A stretch of DNA of 64,000 nt, from NCBI GenBank assembly GCA_020137815.1, contig CM035354.1, positions 6,758,001-6,822,000 on the forward strand, in the 5' to 3' direction. Below, one piece after another: positions 42,301 through 51,792 of this stretch (its first letter is position 1; every line of letters starts with the position of its first letter). The DNA is from Hormiphora californensis (taxonomy: Eukaryota; Animalia; Ctenophora). Below the pieces are notes generated by a model. That model ran no database searches and was not told the origin of the DNA. It saw only the letters and a list, made by a program, of their open reading frames with translations. Both the position numbers and the translations under genes were made by a program.

Positions 42301-45300
42301 GTAGGTGCGGGTGATACTAAGGACTGCAATGTTAAAAATAGATGCCCGTACTAGCGATCTCCATCCGATTGTCCAGAGGGTACAGCCTAGACCGTCACTT
42401 AAAACAAAGGCTGGGCTTTTTGTTTTTCGGCCCCTCACGTAAATTATTGCTACAGGGATGTTCCACAAGATGAGCAAGAAGTCCGTGAGCCACATTGCAC
42501 GGTAAATACTGTAGCTGAGAGTCCGCTCCTTGGCAACACGCAATAGGAAGTAACCCTGAAGAGTGGCAGTGGGTAGACCCACGATACATGTGAAAAGAGC
42601 TAGGATTGTTAGTACTACCTCTCCGATCTTGATTCTCAGTGGGTCATCAGGGGGTGCCTTGGAGGCAAAGTTAGTCTGGACCCAATCAAAGTAGTCCATG
42701 CTGGAAACTTTGTGATACAAATGTTAAACGAATACAAGAGTTATATAACAAGCAAGCAAGGAACAGTTAGCCAGGAAAGAGATACTAAGCTAAGGGGAGA
42801 GCTTTATGAAGAACGGGTTCTATATATAATGCATTGTGATGAATATCTCTTTCTCTCTCTCTCCTTTTCTTTATCTTACCGGCTCTCTCACCGGGCCGAA
42901 CGCCCGGTGTGAGCTAAGCTCACTGAGCTTACACGAGCCCGAGCGACAGACAGCGTAGTATGGGATCTTTGTAATTTTAGTCATGTCTAGTCATATCGAC
43001 ACAGAAAAAACTTGCTCTTTCTCTTTGTGTCATATCAAGACATCAAGATTTAAAATTGAAGTAAGCACCACTAACGCTAAGAGCCCTAATACAGTATTCA
43101 TCCTCCTTTTCTCATTGTAATTCATATTCAAATACTGTGCAGAGGAAGAACTGCAACCCCAGTTGTCAACAGACCGTGCTTGGGGCGCACCCGGTGGGTA
43201 CGCTAGTTTCTAAAAAATATTTTTGAATTTCATTAATTTCCATTCAAAAGTATACAACATATGACAAAAACAACGGGCCAAACATCCAAACAATGGGATC
43301 TCTCCACTCCAAAACTCAACATCGATAACAACTTCACAACATTATCACCAAATACAAACAACATAGAAACATACAACCAGAACATGCAAATCATCAGAAA
43401 CGATAAAAAACAATACACTGCTATACAGATGGGTCGAAGGACGAAAACGGTAACACAGGAAGTGGCCTAACTATAGAAATGGAAAATGACAAAATAGAGG
43501 ACAAAACCAAACTACCAGAATTCTGCACAGTATTCCAGGCAGAGCTAATAGCTATTACTAGAGCAGCTGAGATCATGAATGAAAAAAGAATTACAGATAA
43601 AATAATATATATCTGGAGCGACAGCAAATCCTCCGTCGACGCACTCGCATCCATCAAGACCAAGACTAAAACAGTCAGTATAGCAATACAAACACTCAAC
43701 AAACTGGCAACAAACAATAAAGTTACAATCGCATGGATCAAAGCACACATAGGCATTCCAGGGAACGAGAGGGCAGACGAACTAGCAAAAGCAGCAACGA
43801 TCGATGGAAATACAAGATCTTGCCCACCACCATTCAGTCAGGTCATAAAAGAGCTCAAGATATGGACAACAAGAGAAACTATCAAAGAATTCGAAAACAG
43901 TGGTGGGAAACACACCAAGCGGTTACTCGCAGACACCCAAAATTCATATGAAACAAGGACGGAACAGTACATGATAACAGACACACAAACATACAACAGA
44001 ATAACAAAGCAAACGAAGGACCTTATGAAAACTCGACAAAGTATCAGAACAGCCACTCACATAATAACCCAGCATGGAGAAAACAACCACCATCTAGGCA
44101 AAATAGGAAAAACACAAAACGAATTATGCACATTATGCCAACTCGAGGAAGAAACGGTAGAACATATTATTTGCAAGTGTCCAGCGATAGCACAAAAAAG
44201 GGAAGAACTCTCAGGAAGTGCGTACCTCAGTGATATATATTCAACACTGAGAAACAACCCACTAAAAGAAGCAATCGACATAATGCTGTTGTTCCTAAAA
44301 CGAAAGAAATTAATCATAAACGACACAGAAGACTAGAGATCCAAACTACCAACATAACCATAACACACAAATTAAACAACAATCAAACAAAAATTAACAA
44401 ACACATACCTAGAAACCAGTACAACAAAATCAAAAGGACGGACCGCAATGTGTACAACGACATAGATGCACGCAATGCAGCGCATCCCCAAGACGACTGC
44501 TGCAACCCCCCTCTCACCTCCCCCGCAGCAGTCGCCTTTCCCCACCAGGGTTATCCCTCCCCATACCCCTTCCCATTACTAGTCGGCCCCACAAATGGGA
44601 TCTCCCGCCCCCTCATACCTCACGGCCATCATTAGCGGTGCTGGTATCACTAAGTGATTGGCCCTGTGCGTAGGGTCCCCAACAGGGGTTCACGCCCATG
44701 GCAACCGCTCTTATCAAATCAAATCAAATCAAATTCATCAAAAATTTCCAAAAATTTCCATTTTCCATAAATTTCCAAATAAAACTCTAAAAATTTCCAA
44801 CTTAAAATTTCCATTTACCAAAAAGTGGGTATCGATGGAAATTTTTAGGGTTGAACCCCTCCCCCCTTTATATTAACTTGAGTTAAAGTTATAACGCTAA
44901 ATTACCTTGAGTTAGTTCAGGGTTAAAATTAACACTCAGTTTCTGCTGATTTCGTAACCTCGCCGCGTCTCTCCTCCTCTCAATCTCAGCGTCGGTGAGT
45001 GGTCTGTGTTTGTTGCAGGATATGTGATCGGGTAGCACACTTATCATCTTGCTAACGTACACAATAACAGGGTCATCCTCACCCCCGCTACACGCCCTGA
45101 ACGCTGCAAGTTAATCAGTGTTAAGAGTGGTGTGGTTACTGGTGACGTCATAGCACTGTCTGGCGCCGCCGACCCGATCTGAGCGCACTTTGAGAATCAA
45201 ATTGGGGTATGGGCGCCGCCATACAGTCATAGCACGGGTCCCTTAGCAGTTAGCTACAGCAATTGCTGTGCGGGACGCAGCTGTGTGCGAGTATTTTTTG

Positions 45301-48300
45301 TTTGTTTAAAACTTGATTTATAAGTGTTTCCACCCAAAATAGTTCCACCCAATAAAACATATCGTAATGATGACGTCTAGTTAGATTTTGTAAAACCTTG
45401 TTTAACTTGTCACAATTGTAGTAATGATGACGTCATAATATACCTGATGTTAGAGCCTGTGTTTCCCGGGGTAATTGTTCGATACTAGTGACTCCGGAGC
45501 ACAGTAAACTGTTGATCTTCTCAGAGCTGAGGTCCAGAGGAGAGGGGAGAATCTCACATGCCATGTCTGCAGGGGAATTAGAAGAGAGTTCGAAGGGGGA
45601 TTAGTAGGGAATTAGATGGGGTAAATGGGAGGCCTCTAGGGGAGGGGGGGGGGTAGATGGAGCATTACAAGAAGGGGGTAGGAGCAGCGTTAGATTGGAG
45701 TTGGACATGATTTACAGGGGATTCGAGGGGAATTAGAACCATCTAACTGGCATTGGAGAGCTAGTCACCGTTGCTAAAAAGCATCAAGGAGTGTTTTTTT
45801 CGTTCGCACAGTTTTAACATTTAACTCCATTTACTGGGCGTAATTTATAAACGTCACTCAGTACACTCGTAAAGGGTAATTATGTGAACATTTAATGGCG
45901 TACTGAAAGTGTGATGTAATGCCACGGAGAGAGAGTTAGCGTAGCATTTCATTCAAGTGAAGTTACTGTATTTACCTAGAAGTGCGCTGGCAATGGGTAT
46001 CCAGGCATTAAAGACTGCGAACAAGTGAACCCTGTAGTCTGTGCTCCGGGCATCACGTGGTGCTATCTTTAGCTTTAGTGACGTCACTATCTGATCGATC
46101 TTATCGTTGTTCCTGAAGAAGTCAGGAATAAGGGAGTTGTATGAGGGGTTCCGTGTTAAAAAGTATAACGAGAATCGGACTGGTTTAAATGATCGAAATA
46201 GCTAAGATTCAATTTCTTCATACCTTTGTAATAATACAGCCTTATAAACATTCCAAATACTCTCCAGTATGAAGGTAACAAACAGCGGCCTCTTCCCCTT
46301 CTCATACGCTCCCTTCTGGATCTGTTTCGCTTTGGTATTCAGGTGGTAATCACCCCACAGGGTCTTCTGAAGTACATCCTTTCTGATTCCCATTTTGGAT
46401 TGGTAGAGCGATGCAAAGGTTGAAACCCTGAAACCCCATCCGTCTGAAGCGCTGGCAAACGCCACGTTGCCCTTTTCAGGGGAGAAGTAGAGGTTTGAGT
46501 CATCATTTTCTTCCAGATCCAGGCCACTTGACCAATCGTAATAAGCCTTCCCATCTGAAATGGGTATATAAAAAGTGAAATTCTGAATCAGACATTGGAA
46601 GATATTTATCAAGCTTTGATTATCCTCCAGTGGCAGCATCAGCTGTGCTGTCCCTGGGTGATCTGGGCAGGATACAAGTTTAGATACTATTATCATGACG
46701 TGAAACTAACCTTCATCAAACTTGTCCTCAGTAGGTTTTTGAGATGAGCCGCCAGTGGAGGAGGCAGGGGTAAAGCTGTTGTAGCCCTTTTCCATTACCT
46801 TACTGGAGTGCAACTCTCCCACTTTACTATTAACCTGAAGCGGCATAATGAATGATATTATATCGAGATCCAGTAAATAGCCAAATAGCATTAATTGCCC
46901 AGATTATAACCGAATGGAATTTGAGCAGAAGCAGTATAGACCTCCTGGTAAGTATAGCAGCTTAGTTTAAAATAACGAGGTAATGATGTAGACTCATCCT
47001 GGAGACAGTAAGAAAATGGGCCCATAATTAGATAATGGGGCCCTTAAATAGATAATGGGGCCCTTCTTAATTAGATAATGGGCTATGGACCCTAGGCCCA
47101 TAATACAATACTAGCCACTACCTTCATTACCTGTTCTAGGACCCTCTGAAGGTGCACGTAAGCCTCATCAGGAGATAGTTTCATCTCTGTAATGAGTCTA
47201 TCACACTTGTTTAGAATCAGGGTCGGTTTGATGTGCTCCGTCCACGCTTGTTGGAGAACTGTGACCGTCTGGGGGCAGACTCCCTGAAAATGTGTATGTG
47301 AGAAATTGAGAAGAACAATATATCACTTGATAAGTCCATGGAGTAGTACGTTGAGGAGGGAGAAAAGAAGAAGTGCGACATGCGGGCGAAAAGAAGGATA
47401 GTATTGTTTTGCGTGAACCTGATTACTGATGTGATTTCAGAGGCTAGACTTCACCACTGCATGAAACATCACACTACTATCCCACCACCACCTGGCTATT
47501 TATTCTAGGTCTTTTGCTCTTTTTTACCACGGACTACAATACGTGACGTGACGAATCTGTAGCCTGACTACAATACGTGACGAATCTGCAGCCTGATGTG
47601 CATTATTCTCGAATTTGTGATTGTATTGTGTTCAACATTATCTTTGTTTTCAACATTTTCTTTGATAATCGCTCAGCTCCGAATTCAACGGTCAACCTCA
47701 GGCTTTTTGAATCTTCAAAACCGTTCCCTAGTAAATGTTGACAACAGCAATAATAACGTCACTCTATGACTCATTTAAGCCTGCATTTAGCATGAGCGGT
47801 TTAAAGTGGATCGGGAATGCTACCTTTGACATCAAAAACCTTCCCGATGGTAACTGTTCCGTTTTTGGACTGTTTGAAGATGATATTTGCAATATCACTA
47901 CGGTCCGATGGATATGGTCTGGGACATTTCTAGTTGCACTTCTGTCATCCCTGGTTGGCAATGCTCTTATTTTCATGGCAATACAACAGCGCTCTATCCG
48001 AGTTTCCCGTGTAATGACAACTGTGATTCTGCATATTGCAATATCAGATGTTGCCCAGACACTACTTAGCATCCTCCCAATATTCATCACCGTAGCAACC
48101 GATAGATGGGTCTTTGGCAAGTATTTCTGTTTGTTTCAGGCGATTTTCCGGGATGCCCTAACCAATACAGGCACGTGTTTGGTATCCCTGCTTAACGCTA
48201 CTAAACTATTCTCCCTCCTCTTCCCACTCCGAGCTAAGACCCACTCTGGCAAACTAGGACACCTAACTTCAGGGCTAGTCTGGGTTTTGTTCTGTGGGGG

Positions 48301-49460
48301 CAGGTTGGTGTTCTATGTTTCGACCTCGATTGACACATTCGTGGAAGTTAATTTTCTACTCGACATGACTTGTGATGGTGTGGTTGTCCAGTTACTACCC
48401 TACAAAGTTCTCACATCACTCCACGCGGTGGGGCTACTGGTGATCCTTCTCACCACCCTGGGCGTGGTGGTTATAGCCCTGAGGAGAACGAGGGTCAACT
48501 GGCAGGGTATTGTAACAGTGGTGGCGGTATCAGGCCTGGCTACAATATCATACACCCCTGAGTTGTGGATTAAAATGAAAAACTTCGATGGGAATGAGCT
48601 GGAAATCTATGAAAATCAGAAAACGCGTTGGATCATTGCACACTTGGTAACTTATCTGAACAATATTGCAAACGCTCCGGTGTACTATTTTAGTATAGCG
48701 AGTTTTGGGGAGTTTGTCCGGCAGAAAGTAGAGAGATTGACTAAAGGTGGACCACAACAGCAGCAGCAGCAGCGGCTTGTTATGTTCTAACCCTCTTCTA
48801 CATTTGTAGAGCGTACGGAAAGAGGGTCCAGCAAGGCAACCAGCAGCAGTAGCAGACCAACAAATAATTGTCATACCTCAACAACATCCACGACAACGTA
48901 ACTTCCGTCGCAGAGCCTCACTGCAGTCGATACCTCTCCACTGAAGTCAACGTGACCAGGACTATCAATTAGGTTCAGTAGAAAATCTTCTCCACCTGTG
49001 GGGGAGACAATGAGTTTTGCTTCGCTATCAAAAGTAGACAAGACACATACCAGTACTTCTAAGCGCTTAGTAGGAGTAAAATGTTTCCAGAAAAAAAAAT
49101 GTGTGAGTGAGTTTGATGATGTCCATACCGTATCGATGATGAAGAGATATTGCGCTTGATTTCATTGTTATTCCACGAGCTTTTTCCTGTGTCAAATTAT
49201 CCAGATAACGCAGCTGAAATAGGAAACGAAGAGTTAGGTAATTTTAATTGAAATATAATTAGGTGTGATGTGACACCATTTAGCGAGTGTCATGATCAGT
49301 GAAGTACCTTTCCTGCGAGCCTTTGTGAAATGATTCCATTGCTGGCGATCAGGGAGTCTGCAATAGTTGTTTTCCCGTGATCCACATGTGCCAGAATACA
49401 GAGGTTTCTAATATTCTTGGTATTTTGCTGGAGAATCTTTAATCTACCATCTTCCGTCAT
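33308..49460 (-). CDS. EFL1: Elongation factor-like GTPase 1 (EFTUD1/Ria1), ~21 exons; introns 3, 9 and 14 host nested GPCR genes
   Basis: Exon 1 [51 protein letters not shown]; [12 protein letters not shown]; [24 protein letters not shown]; NKCDRL; [20 protein letters not shown]; [12 protein letters not shown]; GPLCEEPM; [11 protein letters not shown]; [12 protein letters not shown]; ends [10 protein letters not shown]. Confidence 0.95.
36132..37075. mobile_element. Fold-back palindrome, ~460-bp arms and ~24-bp loop, in EFL1 intron 14
   Basis: aacataaaatttataggggcaatgtaattccttcac ... gtgaaggaattacattgcccctataaattttatgtt; arms nearly identical; centre 36592-36617; termini degenerate, no clear TSD. 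Confidence 0.85.
37356..38345 (+). CDS. Rhodopsin-class 7TM GPCR (329 aa), intronless, antisense within EFL1 intron 14
   Basis: N-glycosylated N-terminus, GN in TM1, LALAD in TM2, [12 protein letters not shown] (DRY-equivalent), SWGPY, NPFLY. Confidence 0.9.
   Translation: MNGTTEIYGTSAQSIPLAIYCFIATFLGITGNGLVLYSSLRYDAIKMDQVSLDFVRNLALADILYTICVALPQFVSYATRRWVLGPVFCILQGEIGMLAGALNTLTVFAISAYRLKLVISPFHQTSLRATRILIGFIWLLALSPIILVESYQLAVTFNPYNGRCTLGGVYKHEEAKVPFMILVGIIVFLPLFGIISINFVLLGVALRLNHGSGNSGPSRGINFKALLVILALSGLFMLSWGPYLVYSFVRIKIKVVSHHFALVAYNFLLLNTFGNPFLYTFTNKRFGRYVRSLVFGLVGKREVVSSQEPSTSMVTQNLSRKRSSRTTSL
40947..41056. repeat. Tandem 11-bp repeat ccccatgtaga/ccccgtgtaga, ~9 copies
   Basis: Directly visible. 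Confidence 0.9.
41650..42699 (-). CDS. Divergent rhodopsin-class 7TM GPCR (~349 aa), intronless, same strand as host EFL1 (intron 9); ATG at 42699
   Basis: Seven hydrophobic segments; WLTD (TM2), ECL1 Cys, SITRTY (DRY position), ECL2 Cys, FNTP (TM6), [10 protein letters not shown] (TM7). Confidence 0.85.
   Translation of the reverse strand: MDYFDWVQTNFASKAPPDDPLRIKIGEVVLTILALFTCIVGLPTATLQGYFLLRVAKERTLSYSIYRAMWLTDFLLILWNIPVAIIYVRGRKTKSPAFVLSDGLGCTLWTIGWRSLVRASIFNIAVLSITRTYSLVRPFSQPPRIRVVMATIVVYSVLVLVQSTIPLWFGSTFEYNWQFAECVESYSNGTTVNNSYGVYMSAAEIIQFIVPMVVMPVSCGVTIVTLWSNRAASTSGDMIRNQATTTILVLTGIYIFFNTPILLYWVVALVNSQLPNSQILTPFFNIFDGPTDGWFWYFHLANYSYNHSVVLNSVANIIMWSCRSRPMKLWIVSFGRMPPTPSERTARQE
43245..44733 (+). 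mobile_element. 5'-truncated non-LTR retrotransposon (RNase H + CCHC knuckle; I/Loa/R1-group-like) with (CAAAT)n tail
   Basis: CYTDGSK...[10 protein letters not shown]...IWSDSKS...[19 protein letters not shown] (RNase H); [18 protein letters not shown]; frameshift in A-run ~43405; tail caaatcaaatcaaatcaaat at 44715-44734. Confidence 0.9.
47735..48790 (+). CDS. Rhodopsin-class 7TM GPCR (351 aa), intronless, antisense within EFL1 intron 3; C-terminal poly-Q
   Basis: GNAL (TM1), IAISD (TM2), [12 protein letters not shown] (TM6), [10 protein letters not shown] (TM7). Confidence 0.88.
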   Translation: MLTTAIITSLYDSFKPAFSMSGLKWIGNATFDIKNLPDGNCSVFGLFEDDICNITTVRWIWSGTFLVALLSSLVGNALIFMAIQQRSIRVSRVMTTVILHIAISDVAQTLLSILPIFITVATDRWVFGKYFCLFQAIFRDALTNTGTCLVSLLNATKLFSLLFPLRAKTHSGKLGHLTSGLVWVLFCGGRLVFYVSTSIDTFVEVNFLLDMTCDGVVVQLLPYKVLTSLHAVGLLVILLTTLGVVVIALRRTRVNWQGIVTVVAVSGLATISYTPELWIKMKNFDGNELEIYENQKTRWIIAHLVTYLNNIANAPVYYFSIASFGEFVRQKVERLTKGGPQQQQQQRLVMF

Positions 49461-49939
49461 AGTTTCAACCTTAACCTAATCAGTTATAACTTGTTAAATC
49501 TTACCACGATCCAAAAACAATTTTGGGGCCATTTTAGAGCTTTCGATTTCGCCTGATTTTCATTTTGGCAGCATAAAAAATATTACGACAGGATTTAGGA
49601 TACCTAAACATTCCATTGCATGACATTGCCCATTGAAATTTGATGTAAAACGAGGCGAAAGAGGTCGTTCCGTCTTTTTTTCGTAAAAAATCAAAATCTT
49701 GACTTTTAAAAAATAGACAAGACGATTTCGCGAAATTTCGCGCGGCGCTCGTTTGCAAATGCAAGGCAAAATCATACAATTTCGCGCGCTACAACCAATG
49801 CCTCGCGTTATTACGCCAAAAGACGCCGCGCGGTATAAAAAACGTCGTGTTCACCCGACGTGTTTTTTTCGCCAAAACGGAAAATCCACCCAACTTTTGC
49901 ACCCGAGTCACGTGATCGCCTCGAGATAGTTGATGTGAG
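49461..49939. promoter_or_regulatory. Bidirectional promoter region between EFL1 and NDUFS8
   Basis: Divergent ATGs 480 bp apart; CpG/CGCG-rich cluster (tttcgcgaaatttcgcgcggcgc, tttcgcgcgc), CCAAT and cacgtg elements. Confidence 0.7.
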
Positions 49940-51027
49940 ATGTTAGCAGCGGTGAGAAGTGTCAAGAGAGTATGCCAGGCATCATCAACTCGACTTATGG
50001 GGAGTTATTGTAAGTTGAACGGTCGGGAGACCTTTTTTTAGCAATGCAAGGTTGACCGACTCAGGAACGGTCGGAATAGCTATCTGAATAAATATTAATG
50101 GCTAGCCACTAGTGACTAACCATTGATATGGCTGGCCCACATTTATCATACCTTTCACTCCTCAGATCCTGCAAACTATGATGACTCTGAGGTGCCGGAG
50201 AAAGCAGCTAAATCTTTGTCCCAAGTCTCTGAGGCAAACTTCACGACTTTGTTCATGATGGAAATGGCCCGTGGTACTGCAGTGTTATTCAGTTACGGTT
50301 TCAGAGAACCCGTTACGATCTCATATCCCTGGGAGAAGGGACCTCTTAGCCCTCGATTCCGAGGCGAGCACGCTCTCCGGAGATACCCTAATGGAGAGGT
50401 AAGAACTTAAATTCAGGAAATATGTAGTTTACTTGTTTAACCTGACCAGCTGTCAAACTGATTCTCGTGCTACCTTTAAACCACCCCTTCCCCCAGGAAC
50501 GATGCATTGCCTGCAAGCTATGCGAGGCAATTTGTCCAGCCCAGGCCATCACTATTGAAGCTGAGGAAAGGGAGGACGGAAGTCGGAGGACAACCCGATA
50601 TGATATCGACATGACCAAGTGTATTTTCTGTGGATTCTGTCAGGAGGCATGTCCTGTTGATGCAATTGTCGAGGTAAAGACAATTTCCTCGCCTGAAGAA
50701 CTAGCTAAATCACCAAACCACAAGACCAAGAACAAAGATTGCTGAAAACTCAACTAGTTGTACTGCGTGAACAATGTTCGATAGTCAACACCTTCACTTC
50801 CTTACCTTGTTAGATAGTCATGGCGTATTCCTAATTTCCTTGTCTAAACTACTTTTCCAGCATCTCCATCATTTAATCAGTCCAATTTCCTCCAGGGTCC
50901 CAACTTCGAGTATGCTACATACACCCACGAGGAACTACTATACAACAAGGAGAAATTACTGAATAATGGGGACCGATGGGAGAAAGAAATTGCAGCTAAC
51001 ATAGATGCGGACTATCTTTACCGATAG
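49940..51027 (+). CDS. NDUFS8: NADH:ubiquinone oxidoreductase Fe-S subunit 8 (TYKY); exons 49940-50009, 50166-50398, 50498-50673, 50896-51027
   Basis: Presequence-like exon 1; [25 protein letters not shown]|[18 protein letters not shown]...[18 protein letters not shown]|GPNFEY...[13 protein letters not shown]. Confidence 0.97.
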
Positions 51028-51234
51028 AGTGAGATCATTGTTTCTCTCAGTAGAGAGATGAGTACCCACTACCCAGTGACCCTTATGATCAAGTTATGAT
51101 GCGAAGAAACTGTTTTTTGTAGTTCCTATTTATTGGAGGCGTCGTGTAAATTATTAAATCGTCGTGTTTGCTTTTCACCCCCCACTTTCCCACCCCTCGC
51201 AAACAACTAACACAACTGTCTTTTTGTTTCTAGA

Positions 51235-51600
51235 ATGGAAAAAGATGAGGGAGGTGGTCCCATGAGACCAGGGAAAAAGAGGAAAAAGAAGAACAGAGAA
51301 ACAAAACTTCATCTCACCTTCGACGAATCAAAGCGGGTCGACTTTCTAACGGGCTTCAGGAAACGTAAAAACGAGAGAAAAGAGAAAGCAAAGAAAGATA
51401 ACGAGAGAATTTTGAAGGAGGCACGAGCGAAGGTGAAACAAAAGGCCCGAGATGAAAAGAAAAAGAAACTGGAATCGATCATGGAACAATTTGAAAAGTT
51501 AAAACAGAGTGGAAAGGACGATTTGACAAAATTTGAGTCAGAGAAACAGGTTTTTGAGGATGAAAATACGACAGTGACTGTTGCTGCGATTGACATTTGA
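51235..51600 (+). CDS. NOL12: Nucleolar protein 12 (Nop25/Rrp17 family), 121 aa
   Basis: LTFDESKRVDFLTGFRKRKNERKEKA Nop25 motif; Lys-rich coiled coil; C-terminal TTVTV. Confidence 0.85.
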   Translation: MEKDEGGGPMRPGKKRKKKNRETKLHLTFDESKRVDFLTGFRKRKNERKEKAKKDNERILKEARAKVKQKARDEKKKKLESIMEQFEKLKQSGKDDLTKFESEKQVFEDENTTVTVAAIDI

Positions 51601-51792
51601 AATGCAGAGACGTTTTTGCTATTAGCAGCAGGTTGAGTTCGAATTATAAAAGAGGGTATTTGTCTTACTAATGTAAACTGTAAGGCATGTTTTACTAATT
51701 TATTGACCAGATTTACTTCCTATTTAACTTATTGTTTTTTACGGTACTCCCCTTCCTACCCTCTAACCTTACATGTTATATATCATAGCATC

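Larger units (their letters stand above)
40755..44868. mobile_element. Split MITE-like element whose TIRs bracket the GPCR cassette and the LINE fragment in EFL1 intron 9
   Basis: Left gggg...ggttcaacctaaaaatttccat and right atggaaatttttagggttgaacccctcccccc are inverted; aaaatttcca motifs and gggtatcgatggaaattttta occur at both ends, with similar motifs at 43207-43245; no clean TSD seen. Confidence 0.65.

Noticed and set aside
43479-44336. Stand-alone cellular RNase H gene
   Set aside because: The first catalytic motif (YTDGS) lies upstream of the ATG behind a frameshift; the CCHC knuckle and (CAAAT)n tail indicate a truncated LINE.
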